This document shows, one piece after another, positions 38,147-47,462 of a stretch of 64,000 nucleotides of DNA. This DNA comes from Solirubrobacterales bacterium. GTDB taxonomy: Bacteria > Actinomycetota > Thermoleophilia > Solirubrobacterales > Solirubrobacteraceae. Made by a program: the position numbers and the translations under genes. The notes beneath the pieces are model-generated. The model saw only the letters and a list, made by a program, of their open reading frames with translations. It ran no database searches and had not been told where the DNA came from. Numbering within the stretch: the first letter of the stretch is position 1; every line of letters starts with the position of its first letter. Where the stretch lies: positions 4,362-68,361 of the forward strand of contig DAHUYL010000110.1 of assembly GCA_027315255.1 (NCBI GenBank), in the 5' to 3' direction.

Positions 38147-40276
38147 ATGGAGGTGTGGCCCGGCAGACCGTTCCCGCTGGGCGCGACATGGGACGGGGGC
38201 GGCACCAACTTCTCGGTGTTCTCCGAGCACGCCGAGGGCGTCGAGCTGTGCCTGTTCGACGAGGACGGCTCGGAGACCCGCGTGCCGCTGAACAGCCGCC
38301 GGGCCTTCAACTGGCACGGCTACGTGCCCGACATCGGGCCCGGGCAGCGCTACGGCTTTCGCGTCCACGGCCGCTACGCGCCGCAGGAGGGGCACCGCCT
38401 CAACCCGGCCAAGCTGCTGATCGACCCCTACGCGAAGGCGATCGAAGGACCCGTGAACTGGGGCGAGGACACGAACGTGCTGCCGTACGTGCCGACGGGG
38501 GCCGACGACGCCGACCTCGAGCCCGACGACGAGGACGACGCCGCCGCGATCCCCAAGTCGGTCGTGATCGACGACGCATTCTTCTGGGAGGGCGACCGTC
38601 CGCCGGGCGTCCCGTTCGCCGACACGGTCATCTACGAGACCCACGTCCGCGGCTTCACGATGACCCACCCGGACGTGCGCGAGGACCTGCGCGGCACCTA
38701 CGCGGGGCTCGCCTCCGAGCCGGCGATCGCCTACCTGTCGGAGCTCGGGGTGACGGCCGTCGAGCTGCTGCCGATCCACCACATCTGCGACGAGCCGTTC
38801 CTGCACCCGCTCGGGCTCACGAACCACTGGGGATACAGCACGATCGGGTACCTCGCACCCCACTCCGAGTACGCCGCCACCGGCCGCCTCGGCGAGCAGG
38901 TGCGGGAGTTCAAGGGCATGGTCAAGGCGCTGCACCGTGCGGGCATCGAGGTGATCCTCGACGTCGTCTACAACCACACGGCCGAGGGCAACCACCTCGG
39001 GCCGATGCTGTCGTTCAAGGGGATCGACAACGCCTCCTACTACCGCTTGAACCCCGACGACCCGCGGTACTACATGGACTTCACCGGAACCGGCAACTCG
39101 CTCAACCCGATCCACCCGAGTGTGCTGCGACTGATCATGGACTCGCTGCGTTACTGGGTGAGCGCGTGCCACGTCGACGGGTTCCGGTTCGACCTCGCGT
39201 CGGCGCTGGCGCGCGAGTTCTTCGACGTCGACCGCCGGTCGGCGTTCTTCGACGTGATCCACCAGGACCCCCTGCTGTCACAGGTGAAGCTGATCGCCGA
39301 GCCCTGGGACGTCGGTCCCGGCGGGTATCAGGTCGGTAACTTCCCGATCCTGTGGTCGGAGTGGAACGGGATCTACCGTGACACGATGCGTGACTTCTGG
39401 CGCGGCAAGGCGAACTGTGGCGAGTTCGCGCGCCGGTTGTCGGGGTCGTCCGACCTGTACAAGTCCGATGGGCGCGAGCCGTTCGCGTCGATCAACTTCG
39501 TAACCTGCCACGACGGCTTCACGCTGCGCGACCTCGTCACCTACGACGAGAAGCACAACGACGCCAACCTCGAGGGCGGACGCGACGGCTCGGGCGACAA
39601 CCGCTCGTGGAACTGCGGCGTCGAGGGCGAGACCGACGATCCCGAGATCCGCGCGCTGCGCGGGCGCCAGCAGCGCAACTTCATGGCGACGCTGCTGCTG
39701 TCGCAGGGGACCCCGATGCTGCTCGGGGGTGACGAGTTCGGGCGCACGCAGCAGGGCAACAACAACGCCTGGTGTCAGGACAACGAGATCTCCTGGTACG
39801 ACTGGAAGCTCGAGCTCGAGGCGCAGGAGCTGCGGGCATTCACGATGCGGCTGATCGCCCTGCGCCGCGCGCATCCGGTGTTCCGCCGCGAGAGCTTCCT
39901 CGAGGGCCTGGCGGCCGGCGACTCGACGCTCCCCGATGCGTGGTGGTTCCGGCCCGACGGGCTGCGGATGACCCGCCGCGACTGGGAAGGCGGTCCGCCC
40001 GCCGTCGGCCTGTTCCTGAACGGCGCAGCGATCCCCAGCCCCGGGCCGCGCGGCGAGACGGTGATCGACGACAGCTTCCTGCTGCTGTTCAACGCGTGTG
40101 ACGAGGAGGTCACCTTCACACTGCCACGGCAACGGATGGGCGCGCTCTGGACACTCGAGCTGGCGACCGCCGACCCGGCGGCGCAACCCGGGAGCGCGAC
40201 GTTCGCCGCGCACACGCAAGTCGAGCTCGCCGATCACGCGCTGCTCGTGCTGCGCCGGGTGCAGGTCGAGCCGTAA
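38147..40276 (+). CDS. glgX: Glycogen debranching enzyme
   Basis: [54 protein letters not shown]. Confidence 0.95.
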   Translation: MEVWPGRPFPLGATWDGGGTNFSVFSEHAEGVELCLFDEDGSETRVPLNSRRAFNWHGYVPDIGPGQRYGFRVHGRYAPQEGHRLNPAKLLIDPYAKAIEGPVNWGEDTNVLPYVPTGADDADLEPDDEDDAAAIPKSVVIDDAFFWEGDRPPGVPFADTVIYETHVRGFTMTHPDVREDLRGTYAGLASEPAIAYLSELGVTAVELLPIHHICDEPFLHPLGLTNHWGYSTIGYLAPHSEYAATGRLGEQVREFKGMVKALHRAGIEVILDVVYNHTAEGNHLGPMLSFKGIDNASYYRLNPDDPRYYMDFTGTGNSLNPIHPSVLRLIMDSLRYWVSACHVDGFRFDLASALAREFFDVDRRSAFFDVIHQDPLLSQVKLIAEPWDVGPGGYQVGNFPILWSEWNGIYRDTMRDFWRGKANCGEFARRLSGSSDLYKSDGREPFASINFVTCHDGFTLRDLVTYDEKHNDANLEGGRDGSGDNRSWNCGVEGETDDPEIRALRGRQQRNFMATLLLSQGTPMLLGGDEFGRTQQGNNNAWCQDNEISWYDWKLELEAQELRAFTMRLIALRRAHPVFRRESFLEGLAAGDSTLPDAWWFRPDGLRMTRRDWEGGPPAVGLFLNGAAIPSPGPRGETVIDDSFLLLFNACDEEVTFTLPRQRMGALWTLELATADPAAQPGSATFAAHTQVELADHALLVLRRVQVEP

Positions 40277-40309
40277 GCTCCGTTGCTCGAATCGACAAGG
40301 AGGCAAGAC

Positions 40310-41362
40310 ATGGACTACCGCCAACTGGGCCGCAGCGGGCTGCGCGTCTCGAGCCTGACGCTCGGGACGATGACGTTCGGCGGCCGCGGTCAGTTCCGCA
40401 ACGTCGGGGAGATCGATCTGGCGGGCGCCCGGCGTCAGATCGACATGGCGATCGACGCCGGCGTGAATCTGATCGACACGGCCGACATCTACTCCGACGG
40501 CGCCTCCGAGGAGCTCGTCGGCGAGGCGCTCGCCGGCCGCCGCGACCAGGTGCTGGTGGCGACCAAGGCGCGGTTCGAGATGGGTCCGGGACCGAACGAC
40601 GGCGGCCTGTCCCGCCACCACCTGATCCGCGCCTGCGAGGCGAGCCTGCGGCGGCTGAAGACCGATCACATCGACCTCTACCAGGTGCACGAATGGGACG
40701 GCCAGACGCCGCTGGAGGAGACGCTCGGCGCGCTCGACGACCTCGTCCGCGCGGGCAAGATCCGCTACGCGGGCTGCTCCAACTTCGGTGGCTGGCAGGT
40801 GATGAAGGCGCTCGGGATCGCACGGCTGCGCGGGCTGGTCGAGTTCGTCAGCCAGCAGGTGTACATGTCGCTGCAGGAGCGCTCGGCCGAGTTCGAGATC
40901 GTCCCGTCAGCGCTCGACCAGGGGCTCGGCCTGCTGATCTGGAGCCCGCTCGCGGGCGGCTGGCTGTCTGGCAAGTACCGACGCGGCCGGGATTTGCCCG
41001 ACGGCGCTCGCCACGCGAGCGAGTGGTCCGAGCCGCCGATCTACGACGAGGACAAGCTGTACGACACGATCGAGGTGCTGGTCGAGATCGCTGATGGGCA
41101 CGGCGTATCGCCTGCGCAGGTCGCGCTGGCGTGGCTGCTCGGACGCCCGGCGGTGAGCACCGTCATCGTCGGAGCCCGCACGGAGGAGCAGCTCGCCGAC
41201 AACCTCGCCGCAGCGTCGCTGGAGCTGAGCGAGGAGGAGCGCGCGCGGCTGGAGCAGGTCAGCCGACCGCCGCTCCCGTACCCGTTCTGGCACCAGTGGG
41301 CGAGCGCCTCCGAGCGGCTCAGCCCGGCCCAGTTCGCGCTGCTCGAGCCGTACGCGCGATGA
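40310..41362 (+). CDS. Aldo/keto reductase
   Basis: SD AAGGAGG; LGTMTFG, DTADIYS, ATK, DLYQVH, WSPLAGG. Confidence 0.93.
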   Translation: MDYRQLGRSGLRVSSLTLGTMTFGGRGQFRNVGEIDLAGARRQIDMAIDAGVNLIDTADIYSDGASEELVGEALAGRRDQVLVATKARFEMGPGPNDGGLSRHHLIRACEASLRRLKTDHIDLYQVHEWDGQTPLEETLGALDDLVRAGKIRYAGCSNFGGWQVMKALGIARLRGLVEFVSQQVYMSLQERSAEFEIVPSALDQGLGLLIWSPLAGGWLSGKYRRGRDLPDGARHASEWSEPPIYDEDKLYDTIEVLVEIADGHGVSPAQVALAWLLGRPAVSTVIVGARTEEQLADNLAAASLELSEEERARLEQVSRPPLPYPFWHQWASASERLSPAQFALLEPYAR

Positions 41363-41452
41363 GGTAGCGCCCGCACCCGCGCGGCGAATTCCGGGACCGC
41401 CCGCTCGACGTCGGCCCATGCGGTGATCGCGGAGCGATCCGAGGGCGGCGGC

Positions 41453-43354
41453 TCAGCCGAGGAGCAACGGAAGCTCCGCCGCCGGGAGCGGACGCGCGAG
41501 CAGGAACCCCTGGACGCGGTGACATCCGAGCTCGCGCAGCGCCTCGAGTTGCGCCTCGGTCTCGACCCCCTTGGCGGTGACCACGCCTCCGAGCCCCTCG
41601 GCGATCGTGACCACGCCGGCGACGATCGCGCGACTGGCACCGGCGGCCGAGATGTCGGAGACGAAACCGCGATCGAGCTTGAGCCCCCGGAGCGCGCACC
41701 GCCCGAGCAGGCCGAGCGACGAGTGTCCGGAGCCGAAGTCGTCGATCACGAGGCCGATGCCCGCGCGCTCCAGTTCGGCTAGCTGGAGCGCGGTGACACT
41801 GTCGGGATCGATCAGGCGGTCCTCTGCGATCTCGAGCGTCAGCGACGAGGCGGCGACGCGCGCATGCGCCAGCGTCTGGCGCACCGACGTGGCGAACCCC
41901 GGGCGGCCCAGCTGGCGCGCCGACACGTTCACCGACAGCTCGAGCTGGCGGCCGGTCAGGTCGATCAGGCGGCGGATCTCCTCGCAGCTCTCGCGCAGCA
42001 CCCAGGCACCGAGCGGAACGATCGCGCCCGTCTCCTCGGCCAGCGGGATGAACTCCGCCGGGGCGAGATCGCCCAGCTCGGGGTGGTGCCAGCGCACCAG
42101 CGCCTCGACGCCTACGATCGCAGCGCCGCCGGGCGTCCCCTCGGCGAGCTCGAAGACGGGCTGGAATGCAAGCGTCGTCTGACCGCGCAGCTCCGCGTCG
42201 TGCAGCCCGCGCCCGATCAGCAACCGGCGACTCGCGCGCGCCGGGGTGGCGCCTTCGTAGAAGCGACAGTCGTTGCGACCCGCACGCTTGGCGGCGTACA
42301 TCGCGCAGTCGGCCTGGCGGATCGCTTCGGCGACGTCGACCGCCTCGTCCTCGATCAACGTCACCCCGACGCTGGCGGTGACGCCCGCGCCACCGATGCT
42401 CTGCAGCGGCCTGGAGACGGTGTCGAGCACCCGGTCGGCGACGTCCTCGGCCAGGGAGCGTCCGGTCAGGTCCTCGAGGATGATCACGAACTCATCGCCG
42501 CCGAACCGTCCGACGAAGTCGCGGCCCCGCAGGGACGCGCGCAGCCGATCGCCGACCTCGCGGATCATCTCGTCGGCGCGATCGTGCCCCAGCGAGTCGT
42601 TCAGGACCTTGAGACCGTCGAGATCGACGAACAGGACCGCGGCGGCTGCGCCCGGCGCGACGCGGCGCAACGCCGCTTCGAGCTGGTCGAAGATCGCCCG
42701 CCGGTTGGGCAGCCCCGTGAGCGCGTCGTGACGGGCGTCGTGGATCAGCTTCTGCATCGCGTTACGCCGCTCGATCGCGATCCCGGCCAGGCGCGCTCCG
42801 TCGCGCAGCAGCTCGAGGTGCTCGGGCTCGGGCCACCGCGGCGCCGCGCCGTACAGCGCGAACGTGCCGAGCACGGCGCCGTCGGTGCCGACGATCGGCA
42901 TCGACCAGCAGTGGCGGATCCCGCACCTGGCCGCGAGCTCGCGGACCGGCTGCCACCTGGGATCGCTCGCCATGTCCTCGCTGACGACGAGCTCGCCCGA
43001 CCACGCGGCGGAGCCGCAGCTGCCGACGTTCGGACCGATCACGACGCCGTCGATCGCGGCGAGCCACTCAGGCGGTAGCGACGGGCCGGCTCCGGGATGA
43101 AGCGTGCTCGAGTCACGGTCGAGCAGCACCACGCAGGGCATCACCGATGGCTCGCAGCGCTCGATTCCGAGCGTCAGTTCGTTCAGGACCTCGCCGAGCG
43201 GTGCGCCCTCACCGATCAGTTCGTGCAGCCGCGCGTGGCAGGCGACGAGCAGCCGCGCCCGCCGGCCGTCGACGAGCCCCTCCGGCGCGTCGGTGGACGG
43301 CGCTGGATCTGAGACACCGGGCAGCGTCGCGCCGGACGATGAACCACGCTCCAT
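41453..43354 (-). CDS. GAF-GGDEF-EAL c-di-GMP protein
   Basis: GSCGSAA (GAF), DALTGLPNRR, RGRD...RFGGDEF, EALVRW, DDFGSG, AKGVET. Confidence 0.92.
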   Translation of the reverse strand: MERGSSSGATLPGVSDPAPSTDAPEGLVDGRRARLLVACHARLHELIGEGAPLGEVLNELTLGIERCEPSVMPCVVLLDRDSSTLHPGAGPSLPPEWLAAIDGVVIGPNVGSCGSAAWSGELVVSEDMASDPRWQPVRELAARCGIRHCWSMPIVGTDGAVLGTFALYGAAPRWPEPEHLELLRDGARLAGIAIERRNAMQKLIHDARHDALTGLPNRRAIFDQLEAALRRVAPGAAAAVLFVDLDGLKVLNDSLGHDRADEMIREVGDRLRASLRGRDFVGRFGGDEFVIILEDLTGRSLAEDVADRVLDTVSRPLQSIGGAGVTASVGVTLIEDEAVDVAEAIRQADCAMYAAKRAGRNDCRFYEGATPARASRRLLIGRGLHDAELRGQTTLAFQPVFELAEGTPGGAAIVGVEALVRWHHPELGDLAPAEFIPLAEETGAIVPLGAWVLRESCEEIRRLIDLTGRQLELSVNVSARQLGRPGFATSVRQTLAHARVAASSLTLEIAEDRLIDPDSVTALQLAELERAGIGLVIDDFGSGHSSLGLLGRCALRGLKLDRGFVSDISAAGASRAIVAGVVTIAEGLGGVVTAKGVETEAQLEALRELGCHRVQGFLLARPLPAAELPLLLG

Positions 43355-43418
43355 GAATTAGAGATCGACCGCGCGGCTGCCTGCTTGATCGGTGGAAACC
43401 CGCCGTACACTTCGCGCG

Positions 43419-44516
43419 ATGCGACCGGTCCCCGGGCGACGAGGGTCCGGCACCCGGGCCGGACCCTCGGGAATCAGCGCGCTCGGGGCGGTCGTGCTGG
43501 CGCTGGTCGGGCTGCTCTTGACGCAGGCGCCGGCGGCGCGCGCGGGCGGTCGCGGCGACGCGCGCGTGATCGGGACGTTCACGATGCTCGCGGTCGTCAC
43601 CGAGGCGGTGAACGTGAACGGCGAGAGCCCCGGCCAGATCCTCACACGCGCGTGGGCGATCCGGCCGCGCCGCTGCCGGAGAGACTCGTGCCAGTCGCTG
43701 GTGCTCGTGCGCCAGCGCAGTGACGGCTTCCACAGCGCGCTGACGCTGTCGCGGACCGGGCCTGGAAGCTACGCCGGAACCGGCGTCTTCTACGTGGCGC
43801 TCCGGTGCCGGCGCCGCGTCTACCCGCTGGGCAGCCGGGCGCCCTACCGGATCACGCTGGTGGTCGAGAGATCGACGCTGATCGGCGGGATCAGGTTCGC
43901 GACGACGGTCGGGGCCACCTATGTCAACGCGGCACGCTCCGACACCACCCCGTGTCCGCTGGAGTCGAGTCACGACGCGGCGATCTACGCCGGCAACGTG
44001 TCGGGCGGCTTGCCGGGCGCACCGCGAGCGTCGTTCACCGCAACCGTGCACGGCGCGAGCGGCGCGGTCAGCTTCAGGGACACCTCGCGGCCGGGCCGGG
44101 GCAACGGCCGGATCGTCCGTCGCGCATGGTCGTTCGGCGATCCCGCTTCGCGTCACCGGAACACCTCGACGCTGCGCAAGCCGGTGCGCGTCTACAGCCG
44201 ACCTGGCCGCTACCGGGTCCACCTGCGCGTGGTCGATGCCGATGGGCTGAGCGCGACGACCGCCGCGACCGTGACGATCCCGGTATCGACCACGACGGTG
44301 CCGACCACGACGGTGCCGACGACGACGGTGCCGACCACGACGGTGCCGACCACGACCACGCCGACCACGACCACCCCGACGACGACTACGCCGACGCCGG
44401 CGCTGAGCGCTCGATCGTGGCGAGCACCCGATCGAGCGCATGCACGAGCGGGTCGATCCCGCCGGCGGCCGGCTGGACGACCGCATACAGGCAGCTGGTC
44501 CGGCCGTCGGCCGTGA
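43419..44516 (+). CDS. Secreted protein with a PKD domain and Thr-rich stalk
   Basis: Signal ending ARA; WSFGDP...VYSRPGRYRVHLRVVD (PKD); TTTVP repeats. Start could be 43392 or 43419. Confidence 0.7.
   Translation: MRPVPGRRGSGTRAGPSGISALGAVVLALVGLLLTQAPAARAGGRGDARVIGTFTMLAVVTEAVNVNGESPGQILTRAWAIRPRRCRRDSCQSLVLVRQRSDGFHSALTLSRTGPGSYAGTGVFYVALRCRRRVYPLGSRAPYRITLVVERSTLIGGIRFATTVGATYVNAARSDTTPCPLESSHDAAIYAGNVSGGLPGAPRASFTATVHGASGAVSFRDTSRPGRGNGRIVRRAWSFGDPASRHRNTSTLRKPVRVYSRPGRYRVHLRVVDADGLSATTAATVTIPVSTTTVPTTTVPTTTVPTTTVPTTTTPTTTTPTTTTPTPALSARSWRAPDRAHARAGRSRRRPAGRPHTGSWSGRRP
44288..44397. repeat. 15-bp tandem repeat (TTTVP x4, TTTTP x3)
   Basis: ACCACGACGGTGCCG-type units. Confidence 0.85.
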
Positions 44517-44841
44517 AGAACCGCTGCCACCCGAGCTGGCGCGGCCGGGTCACCTGAAGCTGGCTGGGCGAGAACTCGTGCGGCCGCGGGGCGGGCTGGC
44601 CCAGCGGCCCGAACAGGCCGACGCCGGGCCGGATCCGGTCCGGATCGCTGAACTCGAGCAGCGCCGCGAACGCGTCGCCCGGGCGCATGCGTCCGGTGGC
44701 AGCCCCGCCGTAGTCCCCGTCCGAGGGGAGCAGCGGGAACGTCGCGACGTGCAGCACCGGGCCGGCCTGGTGACGCCGCGTGATCCGGCCCTCCCACCCC
44801 GGCGGCAGCTCGACTGCGAGCCCGTGACCGGTGAGCCTCAC
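44386..44841 (-). CDS. Hypothetical protein, last gene of the mau-like operon
   Basis: GTG 44841 overlaps the mauF-like stop (GTGA). LAVELPPGWEGRI...LHVATFPL...DYGG...LQV...QRFFTADGR..CLYAV. Confidence 0.7.
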   Translation of the reverse strand: MRLTGHGLAVELPPGWEGRITRRHQAGPVLHVATFPLLPSDGDYGGAATGRMRPGDAFAALLEFSDPDRIRPGVGLFGPLGQPAPRPHEFSPSQLQVTRPRQLGWQRFFTADGRTSCLYAVVQPAAGGIDPLVHALDRVLATIERSAPASA

Positions 44842-45506
44842 GCCAGCACGGACACGACGGCCGCCAGCGCCACCAGCTCCGCTGCGACGACCGCGCGCCG
44901 CGCGCGCGGCTCGAGCCTCAGCAGCCGCCGGTGCACCGCGCGCAGCGACTCGGGATCCCGCGCGAATCGCGTCGGCAGCAGCGTGAGCGCCTTGCTCGCG
45001 CCGAACACGGCACCGACGGCCGCGCCGGTGAGCGCGCTGGCGCTCAGCAGCTCGACGGCGAAGGTCGCGTAGATCGCCGCGCAAGCGACCAGCGTGATGA
45101 ACCCGAGGCCCAGCTGGGCGCCGAATCCGAACCCGTAGACCCAACCCCGGTAGCGGGTCATCCAGTCCTCGTTCACCTGGCGCCGGGTCAGCGGCATCCG
45201 CCGGCGCAGCGGGGTTCCGTCGATGACCAGCGCCACGACCAGCACCGCAGCCACCATCGGCGTGCGCCAGCCGCTGCCGGGCAGCAGCGCGCCGACCGTG
45301 CCAAGCAACGTGCCGCCGGCCGCGCCGGCACCGATCGCCCCGACTGCGACTGCGGTCACGGTCACCCGCCAGGAAGATCCGCGCGCGCGTTCGGCGACCG
45401 GAGTGAGGCTCGCGAGCATCGACTGGCCGCATGGAGACCAGGCGGCACGAACCGCGCCGTGGACGGCGATCAGGCCCCCGATCAGGAAGAACACGAGCTG
45501 GCTCAC
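44838..45506 (-). CDS. MauF-like / DsbD-CcdA-like membrane thiol-redox protein
   Basis: AAWSPCGQSML (MauF-type WSPCG), RQVNE, GFGFGAQLGLGF, second Cys in LVAC. Confidence 0.7.
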   Translation of the reverse strand: MSQLVFFLIGGLIAVHGAVRAAWSPCGQSMLASLTPVAERARGSSWRVTVTAVAVGAIGAGAAGGTLLGTVGALLPGSGWRTPMVAAVLVVALVIDGTPLRRRMPLTRRQVNEDWMTRYRGWVYGFGFGAQLGLGFITLVACAAIYATFAVELLSASALTGAAVGAVFGASKALTLLPTRFARDPESLRAVHRRLLRLEPRARRAVVAAELVALAAVVSVLA

Positions 45507-46192
45507 GGACGCTCCTCCGGCTGCCGGGACGGATACAGGCTCGGGTGCCCGGCGGCGATCCCGGAGACCGCCAGCGCCCGGTCGGCGCGCGCGGCGCGCT
45601 CGGCGGTCGTCCGCGCCCCGTGCAGTGCGCTGTCATCGCGCGCGTCGCGCAGGAGCGCGGTGATCTGCTCCCAGCTGCCGGCGCTGCCTCGCCCGATCAC
45701 GCCCTCCCCACCGCCGACCAGCACGAAATGCGGTGTCGCTGGGACGGCCATCTCCTCCCAGGCCTCGGTCGACATGACGAGCTCGACGCCGCGCGGGGCG
45801 AGCTCGAGCAGCCGCGCCAGCCGTTCTCGCTCGGGACCCTTGGTGACGACCACGAGCCGGGCGTCCAGGCGGAGCTCGGCCGGCTCGTGCAGGCCGGACC
45901 ACAGCGGCTCGCAGGCCGTGCAACCGCTGCTGAGGAACGCGAGCAGGGTCGTGGGCGAAGCCGCGCCGAGCGCGATCTTGACGGCATCCCCGTCGAGCGT
46001 CTGGCCGACGATGTCGCGGACCGGGCCGCCCGCCGGAGCCGACGCAGCCGCTCCCGCCACGGTGCCGCGCCCCTCGAGCGCGCCGAGTCGCCGCAGGATC
46101 TCGGCGTGACTTCGCAGGAGCGCGACGATGAACAGCGCCGCAACCACCAGCACTGCGCCCTCGACCAGGATCGCGATCGTCGACGCGGTCAT
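45503..46192 (-). CDS. MauD/TlpA-like membrane-anchored thioredoxin-fold protein
   Basis: N-terminal TM helix ending LLRSHAEILRRL; FLSSGCTAC (CxxC); TPHFVLV. Confidence 0.8.
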   Translation of the reverse strand: MTASTIAILVEGAVLVVAALFIVALLRSHAEILRRLGALEGRGTVAGAAASAPAGGPVRDIVGQTLDGDAVKIALGAASPTTLLAFLSSGCTACEPLWSGLHEPAELRLDARLVVVTKGPERERLARLLELAPRGVELVMSTEAWEEMAVPATPHFVLVGGGEGVIGRGSAGSWEQITALLRDARDDSALHGARTTAERAARADRALAVSGIAAGHPSLYPSRQPEERP

Positions 46193-46195
46193 CCG

Positions 46196-47260
46196 CTACA
46201 CCCCACCGGCACCGGCAAGCTCGAGTGCATCGGGAATCAGACAGGCCGCGTCCTGGGCGCAGACCGCGTTCTCGACTGCCAGCGACGCGCTGCATCCGAG
46301 TGCCGGAACCGTGCTCGGGTTCTCGCACAGCACCATCCGGCAGACGACCGCCGTGACCCCGGCGACGTGGGCGTTGCACTGGCCGTAGCGGAAGACGTTG
46401 CACGCCACCCGCCGCTCGGAACAGGTCCCGCCCGCACACTGGCATCCGCCCGGGAACTCGGCACCCGGGAGCGCGTTGCAGTCGACGTAGTAGCGCAGCC
46501 CGTGCCCGGCGCACAGCTGGCTGCCGGCGTAGTCGGTGCACATCCACCAGCCGCCGGCGAACGTGCCCTCGGGGCAGCTGTTGAGGCCGCCGGTGATCTG
46601 GCAGCAGAACGCCGTCCAGCCGTCGGTGCAGAGCCCGTCAGTGCAGTCGGACGGCATGATCGCGGCGAGCGCCGTACCCGGGTAGAGCAGGTAGCGCAGC
46701 GGCGCCACCGCCAGCGCCGAGCCGACGAGCGCGATCCGCTGGAGGGCGGTGCGGCGCGTGAACCCGCGCTCGAGCGCGAGCGCCGAGCCGCGCGCGAGCG
46801 ACACCGCGATCCGGTCGGCGGCTCCGGCCTCGAGGCTGAAGAGGACGCGCCAGAGCGACGCGCCGATGACGGCGGCGAGCACCGTGAGCGAAGCTCGGCC
46901 GGGAGCGGCGCCGCCGAGCTTGACGATGCTCGGAGCGCCCGTCAGCCCCACGACGAGCGAGCAGATCGCAGACGCCGCTGTGAGCGTCGTCGCGCGCAGC
47001 GCCGACGCTCCCCGGGGCGAGTCGGCGCCGAAGCACTCACACCCGTCGAGTCCCGCCCGCCAGCGGCGGACGTGCGCCGCGGCGAAAGTCGCGTACACGA
47101 TCGCGAGCAGGATCCCGGCGGCCGCCCCCGGGATGACGATGGCGATGCCGGCCAGCGCCAGCTCACCGATCGCCAGCGGACTGACCGACTCCCTCAGCTT
47201 GACTGCGGCGGCGCTCGCGAGCACGAGCGCGAGCGACAGCACGACGGCCGTTCCGATCAT
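46196..47260 (-). CDS. MauE-like membrane domain fused to a Tat signal and an 18-Cys MauA (amine dehydrogenase light chain)-like domain
   Basis: GCECFG (MauE-type CxCFG), FTRRTAL at aa 167-173, CCQITGGLNSCPEGTFAGGWWMC...RYYVDCN. Confidence 0.7.
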   Translation of the reverse strand: MIGTAVVLSLALVLASAAAVKLRESVSPLAIGELALAGIAIVIPGAAAGILLAIVYATFAAAHVRRWRAGLDGCECFGADSPRGASALRATTLTAASAICSLVVGLTGAPSIVKLGGAAPGRASLTVLAAVIGASLWRVLFSLEAGAADRIAVSLARGSALALERGFTRRTALQRIALVGSALAVAPLRYLLYPGTALAAIMPSDCTDGLCTDGWTAFCCQITGGLNSCPEGTFAGGWWMCTDYAGSQLCAGHGLRYYVDCNALPGAEFPGGCQCAGGTCSERRVACNVFRYGQCNAHVAGVTAVVCRMVLCENPSTVPALGCSASLAVENAVCAQDAACLIPDALELAGAGGV

Positions 47261-47389
47261 CCTCGCGTGTTCCCCGGAGCTGCGCCCACTGGTTCAGATG
47301 GACCCCTCGATCCCACCCTGGAACATACCGGGTCGCGCCGACGACGACCTGCCGGCCGCGACTCCGGACCGCCGGCCGTCACGAACGAC

Positions 47390-47420
47390 GGAGGGCCCGG
47401 CACTGAAGGCCGGGCCCTCC
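47390..47420 (-). terminator. Hairpin terminator after groEL
   Basis: Perfect 12-bp stem GGAGGGCCCGGC / GCCGGGCCCTCC, 7-nt loop. Confidence 0.75.
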
Positions 47421-47462
47421 GAGACACTCGCCTGTTGGCGTTGAAGCGTAGCCCTCGCGGGC

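Noticed and set aside
44288-44397. Tandem repeats as a possible CRISPR array (also 19338-19389 and 31228-31290)
   Set aside because: No spacers; units are multiples of 3 inside coding regions; no cas genes.
44386-47260. Calling this a functional methylamine dehydrogenase (mauA etc.)
   Set aside because: No heavy chain, MauG or amicyanin in the window and no second TTQ Trp, so gene symbols were withheld.
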